A model generated the notes under the pieces. It was given only the letters and a program-made list of their open reading frames with translations, searched no databases and had not been told where the DNA came from. This document shows positions 37,068 through 46,662 of a DNA stretch of 64,000 nt, piece after piece (the stretch's first letter is position 1; every line of letters begins with the position of its first letter). The position numbers and the translations under genes are program-made. This DNA comes from Candidatus Hydrogenedentota bacterium (GTDB lineage: Bacteria > Hydrogenedentota > Hydrogenedentia > Hydrogenedentales > SLHB01), in contig CAVUWV010000019.1 in assembly GCA_963745075.1 (NCBI GenBank), forward strand, positions 32,001 to 96,000. Reading direction: 5' to 3'.

Positions 37068-39809
37068 TTACTTCGCTTGCCCCAGACTGGCATACACCCC
37101 CGGTTCCATGGCGTCAAACAACGTCCAGACGCAGGGGTTGGAGTAGTAGTTGATGCCCCATTTGATGGCGCCGGTGCTGCGGTCGAGACTCCAGGAGATG
37201 TTCCAGGGGGTGGCGTGGTGCAGGGCGACGTTGGCGTAGCTGCGATTGAAGAGGGTCATGGCGTCTTCGGTGCGGCCGGCGAAGGCGGCCATGGCGCAGA
37301 AGTTCCAGACCTCGCCGATGGTGATGACGGCGGAATGGTCGGGGAAGGTTTCGTCAACGGTGCCGTCCGGTTTGACGCCGTTGACCGCGCCGTAGGGCGT
37401 GGCCTTGGCGTTCAGGCGCAACACCGTGTCGATGACGGATTCGATGCGGTCGTGGGGCAGCAGTTCGCCGAGGCCGCTGGCGTAGGCGAACCATTGACCA
37501 CAGAGCGCATTGGTCAATGACGTGTCGCTCGCCGGGTGTTTGTCCGTGCCGCTGTAGAGGCGGTAATACTCGCCCGTCCAGAGCTTGTCGTTATAGGCGG
37601 CCACGCCCCGTTTGAACCAGTCCTGCAACTCCGCCGCGAAGGCATCGTCGTCTTGCCGCTCGGCCATCTCGATCCCCGCCTTCACTGCCGCCAGCCAGAT
37701 GCTTGCGGTGTAGGCGCTGGTGCCCCACCACGGCCAGATGTCGTAGTACTGGTTCGCGGGAAACCCCGTTTCGCTGCCGGGGGCGTCGTTGATGAGACCG
37801 TCTCCGTCGGTGTCGAGGGTCATGGCGAATTGGAGGGCACCTTTCACGGAGGGATAGGACTCGCGCAGATAGGTGTCGTCGTTCCATAAATCGTAATCGC
37901 GCCAGGCAAGCAGCACGTACTCGGATGACACGATGGGGATCTGGAGATTCATCATGGGCGTTTGCGTGCCCATGGGCGTTCCGAAGCCGAAGGCGATCTG
38001 GCCGTTGTCGGCTTGCCGTTTCGCGAACTCCCGCATAGTGGCCTTTTCGCATTCCGGGAAAAGCAGGGCGAGCGGGAAGGTGCCGTTGAACCGGCAAACC
38101 AGCGTCTCGGTGATTGGACAGCCCGTGAACGATTCGCTCTGGAAAAAGCGGCCGTCATCCATCCACCACGAGTTTCGCGGAAGCACGTAAAGGCTGTTGA
38201 TCGCCGCGTCTTTCAATGCGGCGGAGGTGTCGCTCGCGTAGATCTTGGATTGCCAGTCGATGATGGCGCGTTCGAACGTGTTCACCTGGGGCAGCGCGTA
38301 TTGCAGCACCTCGAAGGCATCGTCGAAGCGGTCCGCGTACCGGTGGCGAAGCGTCTCGCCATCGCTCGATTCCCAGGTGGGGAAATACCAGGTCAATGCG
38401 AAGATGACCTCCGCGCTTTCGTCGGGCTGCAAGGTCCGCTCGGCGGTCGTTTGCAACACTTCGCCGGGCTCGTGATTGAATTGCCACCCGTTTCCCGTCG
38501 CACCGAGCGCATAGCTGCCGCCGCGTATGGTAAACACGTCGACACCATATCGGCTGGCTTGCGTTGCACCATCCCCGTTCGCGTTGACCGCGACCAACTG
38601 CCGCCGGTCCATGGCCGTGTGTGCGTTGGGCCAGGTGCTGGCGATGTATTCATCAGGGTCGCCAAGGAGCGCAATCGCCGTGTCCGACCCTCCGCTTTGA
38701 AACACGATGCGTTTGTGGTCCTGGTCCCACGCCGCGCGATCGTCGCTTTCCTTGCCGGGGCCGCCGATGTCGACGTTGGCAGCGAAGGCGAAGTGCAGAT
38801 TGGGAATCGTCTCGCTGGATCGATTGGTGATCGCGTATTGCACGGCGACAGCATTCTTGTCTGCACGATTGACCGTGACGTGCACCGCGATCCGGCCGTC
38901 CTCCGTGACCAGGGTCCCGTCTAGTTCTTTCAGGGCGAAAGGCCGGTTCGGACCGCGGCCGGCCTTTTGCCCGTCGTATTCGATTTGCCAGAGCAGTTGT
39001 CCGATGTTGGGGCTACCGTCGAAGACCGCCGATTCCCGGCGGTGCGTATCCCAAACGAATCCGCCATAGGGGTCGAGATAGAAATCGGTGAGCGCGTCGG
39101 TGGAAAACGACCGCCCCTCCTCCACTGCGCGGCCGTCGAGTTTTTGCGGCATTGCTTGGGCGTTGGTCGGGAGTTCTGCTTCGTCATCGGCGAACGCCAG
39201 CACCGGCGACACCAGCCAAGTTTCACCGGGCGCCAGCGCATCGCGCCGCCACGCAAACGCGGCTTCCACGTTGCCCGATGACTTGTCCTGTTTACTGGGT
39301 TCCAGGTCCCACTGCAGTCCGAGCTTCACGGGTAGCGGCTCGCTGCCCGTGTTGTGCGCAGTGAAGTGGAAGAAGGCGATCGGCAACTCCGAGGCCTTGT
39401 AGTCGTGAGGAATGAGCGGCGCGAATGCGCGTAGGGAAACGTCGACCGATTCTAGGGCATCCGAAAGGACTATGTCTGCGGCGGGCACATGACCCCAAAA
39501 CCGCACGGCTTTCGTAGGAGCGGAACCGGCGAGAAACTCCGTCCGCTTGTCTCCGGCTTCCACAAACCAGCCACTCCGCGAACCCACCGGTGCGGGCCGC
39601 AACCAGTTGTTCTCGGTGGTCGCTTCGCCGAAACGGCCGTCGGACAGGAGGTCGATGAAACCCGTGCCCAGCGCGCCGAGGGGCAGGGCACTTTGTGCCT
39701 CTCCGTTTTCGTACCACACCCCGCTCGCGGGCACGTCGTATCCCGACGCGTTGAAGGTCTGGAATTCCGGCGCGGCAATGACTGCCAAAGAGACGAACAG
39801 GCACAGCAT
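37068..39809 (-). CDS. GH116 (GBA2-like) glycoside hydrolase
   Basis: LPLGALGTGFI, FAPLIPHDYKASELP, FFQSES, DTDGDGLI, NQYYDIW, KLWTGEYY, ALCGQWFA. Confidence 0.85.
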   Translation of the reverse strand: MLCLFVSLAVIAAPEFQTFNASGYDVPASGVWYENGEAQSALPLGALGTGFIDLLSDGRFGEATTENNWLRPAPVGSRSGWFVEAGDKRTEFLAGSAPTKAVRFWGHVPAADIVLSDALESVDVSLRAFAPLIPHDYKASELPIAFFHFTAHNTGSEPLPVKLGLQWDLEPSKQDKSSGNVEAAFAWRRDALAPGETWLVSPVLAFADDEAELPTNAQAMPQKLDGRAVEEGRSFSTDALTDFYLDPYGGFVWDTHRRESAVFDGSPNIGQLLWQIEYDGQKAGRGPNRPFALKELDGTLVTEDGRIAVHVTVNRADKNAVAVQYAITNRSSETIPNLHFAFAANVDIGGPGKESDDRAAWDQDHKRIVFQSGGSDTAIALLGDPDEYIASTWPNAHTAMDRRQLVAVNANGDGATQASRYGVDVFTIRGGSYALGATGNGWQFNHEPGEVLQTTAERTLQPDESAEVIFALTWYFPTWESSDGETLRHRYADRFDDAFEVLQYALPQVNTFERAIIDWQSKIYASDTSAALKDAAINSLYVLPRNSWWMDDGRFFQSESFTGCPITETLVCRFNGTFPLALLFPECEKATMREFAKRQADNGQIAFGFGTPMGTQTPMMNLQIPIVSSEYVLLAWRDYDLWNDDTYLRESYPSVKGALQFAMTLDTDGDGLINDAPGSETGFPANQYYDIWPWWGTSAYTASIWLAAVKAGIEMAERQDDDAFAAELQDWFKRGVAAYNDKLWTGEYYRLYSGTDKHPASDTSLTNALCGQWFAYASGLGELLPHDRIESVIDTVLRLNAKATPYGAVNGVKPDGTVDETFPDHSAVITIGEVWNFCAMAAFAGRTEDAMTLFNRSYANVALHHATPWNISWSLDRSTGAIKWGINYYSNPCVWTLFDAMEPGVYASLGQAK

Positions 39810-39870
39810 GATCGGTAATCTCCCCTGTTTGGTCGTCGTGATTGTCGATTTCGGACACGACGGTCCACAA

Positions 39871-39899
39871 AGTAGACGCGGCTTCCAGCCGCGTCTACT
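39871..39899. repeat. GTAG-type REP hairpin
   Basis: AGTAGACGCGGCT-TCC-AGCCGCGTCTACT perfect 13-bp stem; related copies at 46406-46519. Confidence 0.8.
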
Positions 39900-40078
39900 A
39901 TGGCATCCTCAATGGTTAATCTCTGTTTCTTAGGCCCAACCGAACTAGGCTGAGAGTGCGAAAACTACCTTAGCACAAAGTGGTGCGCTGTTTGATTCTG
40001 CAACCCATTTGGGGCACGAGTGTCCCCCATTTGGACCCATTTCTCCGGAATCTTATTGTCTGTCAATAAGTTACACGT

Positions 40079-40094
40079 TGGCACCGGGCTTGCA
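40079..40094 (+). promoter_or_regulatory. Sigma54 (-24/-12) promoter
   Basis: TGGCAC-CGGGC-TTGCA matches consensus, 41 bp before the ATG; upstream dyads and IHF-like TGTCAATAAGTTA. Confidence 0.75.
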
Positions 40095-40135
40095 CCCTGC
40101 AATGTAGCGTGTCATGGAAAGGAGTCAACGTAAAC

Positions 40136-40810
40136 ATGGTTCCGCTGGTGCTGATTGCATTGTTACTGCTGGTGCTCGCGCCGGGTTTGGCCATTGCGGT
40201 CGGCGTCGGCCTGCTGCTGTTCCTGCCGGCCTACCTGATGGTGTCGTCGGCGTTAACCGTTGTACTGGCGCCGCAGCAGATGTATGCCGTAGCGACCGAT
40301 AAACGCACCCGCCGCACCCATTCCTGCGAGCATGCGACCGTCAACGTATTGGAGGGATGGTATGGACCGCAGCCCGCGGTCGGCGGCGTAGCAACCAAAG
40401 ACGGCTTTTACGTTTGGGGCGCGGAGGGTTTCGATCCCGGTGCTCTCATTCGTGCGGCCCAGTCCGGACTCGCGCGTATGAAGAACGGCGAGCGTGACCT
40501 GGCACTCCATCCTCGTTGCGGCACATCGTTGATGGCGGCCCGTTTGGTCTTTGCAATTGTGTTCCTGGCGCTGCTTTTTGCCGTGGGCGGTTTCACACTG
40601 TCCGGTGTGTTGATTGCATTACTCGCTTCGTGGGCGTTTGGGCGTCCCCTGGGCATGCTGGCCCAACGCTACTTCACAACTTCGTCGGAAGTGGGCGCGC
40701 TACACATCAGCGAGGTCCGTTGGACCGATCAACCGCGCGTGGCCGGTATGCCGTTGTTCGGGTTGCCGCGCGGCGCGTACTTTTTCCGCACGGCCGGGCA
40801 GGAGCGTTAG
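40136..40810 (+). CDS. DUF6391-like membrane protein
   Basis: Hydrophobic N-terminus; RRTHSCEHATVNVL, GLARMKNGERDLALHPRCGT, AQRYFTT. Confidence 0.7.
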   Translation: MVPLVLIALLLLVLAPGLAIAVGVGLLLFLPAYLMVSSALTVVLAPQQMYAVATDKRTRRTHSCEHATVNVLEGWYGPQPAVGGVATKDGFYVWGAEGFDPGALIRAAQSGLARMKNGERDLALHPRCGTSLMAARLVFAIVFLALLFAVGGFTLSGVLIALLASWAFGRPLGMLAQRYFTTSSEVGALHISEVRWTDQPRVAGMPLFGLPRGAYFFRTAGQER

Positions 40811-40928
40811 GTGACTCTCCCCCCTATCCGCGGTTCGCGAAACCTCAACCCGTGCAACTTGGCAAGGAGATGTTGATATGTTTCAGGTATTGATCCCAGT
40901 ACTATTCACGATGGTGGCGTGGCAGCGA

Positions 40929-41339
40929 TTACTCCTGCCCGTTTTGGCGCTGGAGGTTGCGCCGCATCATACCGGACGACGGCCGCATACCTAGGCGCGT
41001 ATAGAACGGCTGCATATTGGGATGACAAACGAAGTCGACCATGTAGAGATCGCCGATTTCATCGAGAATACGGCGAACCAATTCTTCGCCGATACCGTGG
41101 CCCCGGTAGTCGGGTAACACTTCCAAAAACGGAATAGAAGCGCTCAAAACGTGGTCGCACATGGCCGTCACGAACCCCGCCACTCTTCCAGATTCATCGT
41201 CGATTGCGAGCACCACATGGCTGCTGTTTTGCAGTAGATGGAGGTGGGTGTCGATCCCCGGCGGGTTCTGCCAACCGACGAAGAAGCCTTTGAGTTTATC
41301 CGGCGATATCCCTTCCAGGGATGTGGTATACGAGATCAT
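40929..41339 (-). CDS. GNAT family N-acetyltransferase
   Basis: LEVLPDYRGHGIGEELV acetyl-CoA motif, PFYTRLG. Confidence 0.9.
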   Translation of the reverse strand: MISYTTSLEGISPDKLKGFFVGWQNPPGIDTHLHLLQNSSHVVLAIDDESGRVAGFVTAMCDHVLSASIPFLEVLPDYRGHGIGEELVRRILDEIGDLYMVDFVCHPNMQPFYTRLGMRPSSGMMRRNLQRQNGQE

Positions 41340-41399
41340 ACGAAAATACTCCATTGGGGGAATTAAAGCGTTTGGGATGAACGGATAGTATGGCACGAA

Positions 41400-43136
41400 T
41401 CACCCGCCGGAGAACAATTCGGCAGAAGGTTCACCCGGATTCAGCAATGCGCGGGATCGGGCGAGAGCGGCGTCGATATTCTCTAACACGTTGGCGCTCA
41501 ATAGGTCCGCAAACAAGCCCGTACGTGCCATGGCTTCCCGAACGGGGGCGCTTACACCGGACAAAAGCAGCGCGGTGCCTTGTCGTCGGCACTTCTCCTG
41601 GAACTCGTCGAGTGCATGAATCCCGGTAGCATCAATCGCGGGGACTTTTCGCATTCGGAGTATAAAGACTTGGGGGGGAGGCTCGACTTCGCGCAAGACG
41701 TCTTTCAGCCGGTCCGCGACGCCAAAGAAGAAGGGACCCGTAATTTCGTACACTTCCGCGCCGTGAGGTATCTGCTTCATGCCGACACCGTCGGGATCAT
41801 CCATCTCGCCGACTTCTCCGTTCGTATCCGCCAATTCCTTGGCGATATCAATGACCTCCGACACTTCCGCCATTCGCTTCATAAACAGCAATGACGCAAG
41901 CACCACCCCCACGCCGACAGCGATGGTCAAATCCGTGAAGACCGTTAGTCCGAAGGTGGTGAGCAATACGGCGATGTCGCTTCCCGGCGCCCGCAGAATG
42001 GACCGAAAATGGTCTACTTCACTCATGTTCCACGACACCATAATGAGCACGGCGGCTAGCGTTGCCAAGGGGATGGCCGAAGCGAGTGGCGCCAAGAGGG
42101 CCATGATCGCGAGCAAGACGACCGCGTGGACGACGCCCGCGAGGGGCGTGCGCCCCCCCGACTTGATGTTGGCGACCGTCCGCGCGATAGCGCCCGTGGC
42201 GGGGATTCCGCCGAAGACCACGGAAGCGAGATTCGCGGCCCCTTGGGCAACCAGTTCGCAGTCCGCCTTATGACGTCCACCGATCATGCCATCCGCGACG
42301 ACTGCGGAAAGCAGCGACTCGATAGCGGCCAACAAGGCTATTGTGGTTGCCTCGGGAATGAGTTCGCGCATCAGATCGAAACTGAAGGCGGGCAGATGTG
42401 GCGCGGGGAGCGAACGTGGAATGCCTCCGAATCGGGTGCCGATGGTAGCGACGGGCAGATCGAGAGCCCAAACCGCCACAGACGCGGCCAAGACCGCGAC
42501 AATCGCGCCGGGAATTCGGGGGGCATGGCGGCGCAATCCAATCATTATGGCCAAAGACCCCACGCCTACCGCGAGCGAAGTGCCGTTCCATGACGCCGCA
42601 TGTTCGCCATAGGCCTGCCACTTTTCCAAGAAGTCGGACGGTACAGACCCCATGCCCAGACCGAAGAAGTCTTTGACCTGCGAGGAAAAAATGATCACCG
42701 CGATACCCGTGGTGAACCCGGTAGTGACGGGATATGGAATAAACTTGATCATCGCTCCGAAGCGCGCAAGGCCCATCACAATCATGATGACGCCGGCCAT
42801 CATGGTCGCGGTCGCGAGGCCGGCAAATCCGTGGCGGGCGGCTACGTCGTAAACGATCACGATGAACGCGCCGGTTGGTCCGCCAATTTGGACCCGGCTT
42901 CCGCCGAAGACCGACACGACGAGGCCCGCCACGACCGCTGTATACAGCCCGACTGCCGGGGGCGAAACGGCATCGGCTGCCGCGACGCCTTCCGGGATTG
43001 ACGCGATACCGAAAGCCATGGCCAGGGGCAACGCGATAATTCCGACGGTGATCCCGGCAATGAGATCGTGGAGGATCCCCGATCGCGTGAACCCTTCGCG
43101 AATACAGACAACGGATTTTGGCAACAGACGAGGCAT
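41400..43136 (-). CDS. SulP family anion permease with STAS domain
   Basis: DLIAGITVGIIALPLAMAFGIAS, QIGGPTGAF, IESLLSAVVADGM, GPFFFG, IDATG. Confidence 0.95.
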   Translation of the reverse strand: MPRLLPKSVVCIREGFTRSGILHDLIAGITVGIIALPLAMAFGIASIPEGVAAADAVSPPAVGLYTAVVAGLVVSVFGGSRVQIGGPTGAFIVIVYDVAARHGFAGLATATMMAGVIMIVMGLARFGAMIKFIPYPVTTGFTTGIAVIIFSSQVKDFFGLGMGSVPSDFLEKWQAYGEHAASWNGTSLAVGVGSLAIMIGLRRHAPRIPGAIVAVLAASVAVWALDLPVATIGTRFGGIPRSLPAPHLPAFSFDLMRELIPEATTIALLAAIESLLSAVVADGMIGGRHKADCELVAQGAANLASVVFGGIPATGAIARTVANIKSGGRTPLAGVVHAVVLLAIMALLAPLASAIPLATLAAVLIMVSWNMSEVDHFRSILRAPGSDIAVLLTTFGLTVFTDLTIAVGVGVVLASLLFMKRMAEVSEVIDIAKELADTNGEVGEMDDPDGVGMKQIPHGAEVYEITGPFFFGVADRLKDVLREVEPPPQVFILRMRKVPAIDATGIHALDEFQEKCRRQGTALLLSGVSAPVREAMARTGLFADLLSANVLENIDAALARSRALLNPGEPSAELFSGG

Positions 43137-43319
43137 ACGACTAGCTCCACAGACCGCGCAGCAGCGGGACAGCGCCATGTGACGGCATATCCATGTAAAT
43201 TGGGGGTATCCAGGTGTCGAAAAGGAAAAGGAGCGGGAGTTTACAATTTTGGTATGGGCGAATCAAGGGACCGTATGGCGTCCCGAGTGCCTGGACGGAC
43301 CCGCAACGCGACAGACCCA

Positions 43320-43348
43320 TTGGCAAACCTCGCGCCCCGTGGTAGAAT
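43320..43348 (+). promoter_or_regulatory. Putative sigma70 promoter of the small ORF / glycosidase unit
   Basis: TTGGCA-17 bp-TAGAAT with extended -10 TG. Confidence 0.55.
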
Positions 43349-43444
43349 GATTTGACGGAGTCACTAAGGGACGATGCGCCAATTGGTTCCAAGGGCCGGG
43401 CGCGGTCCGGCCGGACGTAGAATCCGGTAAACGGGAGACGGTTG

Positions 43445-43639
43445 ATGCCTACCTTCGAGTACCATGCTATCCGGGCCGAAGGCGACGAAGAGAAGTCGTT
43501 TGTAGGGGGGGTCGTTGTTGCGAAGTCGCGCCATGAAGCCAAAGAGAAGCTTCGCGAACTGGGCCTGAAAGCCACCATGCTCAAAAAGGCCCGGGGCGTG
43601 ATGGCGCTGTTGAAATGGCTGGACGCCGACATTCGCTAA
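43445..43639 (+). CDS. 64-aa protein resembling the N-terminus of PilC/GspF
   Basis: MPTFEYHA...G...GVVVAKSRHEAKEKLRELGL; RBS GGGAG; candidate promoter upstream. Confidence 0.65.
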   Translation: MPTFEYHAIRAEGDEEKSFVGGVVVAKSRHEAKEKLRELGLKATMLKKARGVMALLKWLDADIR

Positions 43640-43679
43640 TCCGATCGGTTGAATCAACATTCGTTGGGGAGAATCCTGC

Positions 43680-46358
43680 GTGAGGGGATCGTTGTTTCCG
43701 GTGGTGCTTTTTCCCGTTTGTATCTTCGCCGCGATGGCCGCGCTACCTGCGGAGCCGACCGTGTTTCCTGTAGGGCCGGGAGGACGGCTTTTCGGGAATC
43801 CGGACGTGGATGCGCTTGTGGTTCGTCCCTACGCGGAACACGTGCCCATGGCATGCACGGGGGAGCGGTTGTGGGCGACGCACCCGGAAGGCTGGGGATT
43901 TCCGGCGGATACCGTGAACTATTACCTCGTCACAGGAATCGGACTTGGCTACGACGTGAGCGTGCAGGCGGGGCCGCAGGAGATCATTGCCGCGCACGGC
44001 GCCAGTTACCCGAGCCGGGTCGAATTGCTGGGGGGCGGACGCGGAATCGAGGTCAAAGGAACGAAATGGATTACCGCTGACGACGTGATGGGTTGCCGAC
44101 TTGACCTCGAGAACCAAAGCCCTGGCGATGAGGAGATCACCGTATCGATCTCCGTCCCTTCGAATAGCGCCAACGTAGACGGCGACCGCGTTTCGTGGAC
44201 GACGGAAAGCGCGGGTAGGACCATCCAGTCCATCGGCCGTTTTCCGGATTTCGCCGCGGTTCCCGGCCCGCCAATCGCCGAGAAAGTTTTCGCGATAGAA
44301 GGCGAGAAGGCGGATGCCCAGCTCGGCAGTACGGGCGAAGACGATAAAGCGGCCGCCAGCGGCGGGCAAGTCCTGGGAAAAGGATTCGGCACGCGCCCAG
44401 GGCATAGTGCCAACTACCACTTCAACTTTTCCGAAGAACAGAAGAACATGGCCTTGACCGTTCGGTACGCGCGTGGCATGCCCGGCGACGCGGACTTTCT
44501 CGTCCAATTCCCTGGGCGAAAGCGGTTTCCGCGGGTTCTGTTTCATTCGACGGGGGGGTGGGGCGACTCGCCCAGCGATTTTGCGACCGTGACGTGTTCT
44601 CTGGGCGACATCCCGGAGGGCAGCTTTCAACTCCTGTTGCTTTCCATCTCGGCAAACAACAACGTCAATATCGACGCGTTGTACATCCACCCGCAGGGAA
44701 CGATCGTCGAAGGCGTGGATGCGCCCGCATCGGGCATGGAACGAAAACTTACGGTGAAAGCGGGGGAGTCGACCACCGTTGATTTGTTTGTGGCGGTCAA
44801 TACGGATGCGGATCAAGCGGACGCAGCGTTGCAAAACGCGATGGATTCGCCTGACGCGTTGCAGGACCAGATCGGCACTTACAATAATTGGCTCGTGGAA
44901 AATGTCCCCGCGTTTTCGGGTCCGGAAACCATTACGAAGATCTATTGGCACCGGGCGACGGACATCCTCAAAAAGAATCTGTTTCGCGTAGGGGACGGGC
45001 GGTTGAAGGATTGGGGGATCGCGGAGGGACGGTGGACGTCTTCGTGGTTTGCAAACATGATTTCGTACGGGGCCGGCCATCAGATCAGAGAAGCGCGCTG
45101 GCTGCGCGATCCCCAGTACGTGCGCGGCATCATCAATACGTGGTGCGCCAACGAGCGGCCGGATGGCATTTTCCCCAACTACATCCGGCCCGGCGAGATC
45201 GGTACGGGGCAGTACACGGACTGGATTACGTCGACGGTGTGGGACGCCTATTGCGTCCAGCCGGACCGTGCCGCGCTGGAGCGTTGGGCCGACGCATTGA
45301 AGAAGAACGTCGACGGGTGGCTGGCGGTATACGATCCGGACGACGACGGGTTGCTCATGGTGGACAGCCACTGGTGGACCGGGATGGAGTGGCAACCGTC
45401 GTTCTTCTATTTCAACGGATTTGACAAGGACAAGCAGGACCAACATCTCGAACGGGTCGATCTCACGGCCTACGTGTACGGCGATGCGCGAAACCTGGCG
45501 CGGGTCCTGTCCACGTTGGGGGACGATGCGGGCGCAGAGCATTACAACGGGATTGCCGACAAGATTCGCGACGCGACGTGCGGGACGCTTTGGGATGACG
45601 CGCACCGGTTCTTCTATTCCGTGGAGCCGGACGCGCATAAGAAGGCAATGGTGAAGGAAGTCGTCGGCGTGTATCCCTTTTATTTTTCCATGTTCGACGG
45701 CATCGACGGATCGCAATACACGTCCGCGTGGCGGTCCATCCTCGATCCGGAACAGTTCTGGACACCGTGGCCGGTGGCTTCCGCGTCGAAGCAATGTCCC
45801 GCGTATTCGCAAGATGAGTCATTCAACGAAAAGAACGTGGGCGGTTGCATGTGGAACGGGCCGACCTGGCCGCATGCCAACAGTATGGTCCTCTCGGCCA
45901 TGGCCGAGACGTTGCGCGAATACCCGTCCAGCCCGCTCCGTGTCGCCGATATGTACGGGCTGTTTCGTTCGTACACGGAGGCACAGTTTTACAAACACGA
46001 CATTCAGTTTCCGTGGACCGGTGAATTCTATAACGGAGAAACGGGCGAATGGCGCACGGAGCAGCGCGACTACAACCACTCGACGTATATTGATATTCTC
46101 ATCGCGGACATCGCGGGATTGCGTCCCCGCGCGGACGACATGCTTGAACTGCACCCCCTAGTCGACCCGAGCATGGGACCCTTCGTCGTCGATGGTATTC
46201 GGTACCACGATCATGACGTGACGATTGCCTGGGCTCCAGCGACCGATCCCCTGAAGACGCCGGACGGTATTCGGGGTTTCCGCGTCTACGTAGACGGCGA
46301 ACTGCGCCATCACGATCCGTTGTGCGCGTTTCCCGTAGAGATTCCACTTCAGCAGTAG
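43680..46358 (+). CDS. Secreted MGH1/GH63-like (alpha/alpha)6 glycoside hydrolase with CBM35/CBM6-like module
   Basis: Signal peptide; IEGE..ASGG..VRYA..TGGW..NIDAL; WWTGMEW, WNGPTWP, GEFYNGETG, YNHST. Confidence 0.8.
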   Translation: MRGSLFPVVLFPVCIFAAMAALPAEPTVFPVGPGGRLFGNPDVDALVVRPYAEHVPMACTGERLWATHPEGWGFPADTVNYYLVTGIGLGYDVSVQAGPQEIIAAHGASYPSRVELLGGGRGIEVKGTKWITADDVMGCRLDLENQSPGDEEITVSISVPSNSANVDGDRVSWTTESAGRTIQSIGRFPDFAAVPGPPIAEKVFAIEGEKADAQLGSTGEDDKAAASGGQVLGKGFGTRPGHSANYHFNFSEEQKNMALTVRYARGMPGDADFLVQFPGRKRFPRVLFHSTGGWGDSPSDFATVTCSLGDIPEGSFQLLLLSISANNNVNIDALYIHPQGTIVEGVDAPASGMERKLTVKAGESTTVDLFVAVNTDADQADAALQNAMDSPDALQDQIGTYNNWLVENVPAFSGPETITKIYWHRATDILKKNLFRVGDGRLKDWGIAEGRWTSSWFANMISYGAGHQIREARWLRDPQYVRGIINTWCANERPDGIFPNYIRPGEIGTGQYTDWITSTVWDAYCVQPDRAALERWADALKKNVDGWLAVYDPDDDGLLMVDSHWWTGMEWQPSFFYFNGFDKDKQDQHLERVDLTAYVYGDARNLARVLSTLGDDAGAEHYNGIADKIRDATCGTLWDDAHRFFYSVEPDAHKKAMVKEVVGVYPFYFSMFDGIDGSQYTSAWRSILDPEQFWTPWPVASASKQCPAYSQDESFNEKNVGGCMWNGPTWPHANSMVLSAMAETLREYPSSPLRVADMYGLFRSYTEAQFYKHDIQFPWTGEFYNGETGEWRTEQRDYNHSTYIDILIADIAGLRPRADDMLELHPLVDPSMGPFVVDGIRYHDHDVTIAWAPATDPLKTPDGIRGFRVYVDGELRHHDPLCAFPVEIPLQQ

Positions 46359-46405
46359 TAGCGCGTTTCCATCGCAACTGAGGTGGGGTTCTGAACCTCG
46401 GCGGC

Positions 46406-46519
46406 CAACGTAGACGCAGGTTACAGTAGCGTTAATTCTCCGCTCTAAACGGCACTGCCAAGTCTGGCGAACGGACTGGACCTGAAGAACCAACGCGGCT
46501 GGAACCTGCGTCTACGTTG
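46406..46519. repeat. REPIN-like inverted pair of GTAG REPs
   Basis: CAACGTAGACGCAGGTTACAGTAGCGTT vs reverse complement of 46492-46519, 25/28 identical, 58-bp spacer. Confidence 0.8.
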
Positions 46520-46662
46520 TTGGTCCGTTGTACGGGTGCGCTCATATTCGGTGGTGCACAAATTCAATAGAAACGCTTTGGTAGTCGCCGATGCGACGGG
46601 TTTTCAATCTCGGGATCGATCCTGTAAGGTGTGAATGTCAATCGCAGTCGCAGGACGCGGAA

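Noticed and set aside
43350..43440. c-di-GMP riboswitch ahead of the PilC-like microprotein
   Set aside because: GC-rich hairpins are present but I could not find the class I or class II consensus motifs; cmscan would be needed.
43743..45812. 689-aa antisense ORF
   Set aside because: Antisense shadow of the glycoside hydrolase, no recognisable domain.
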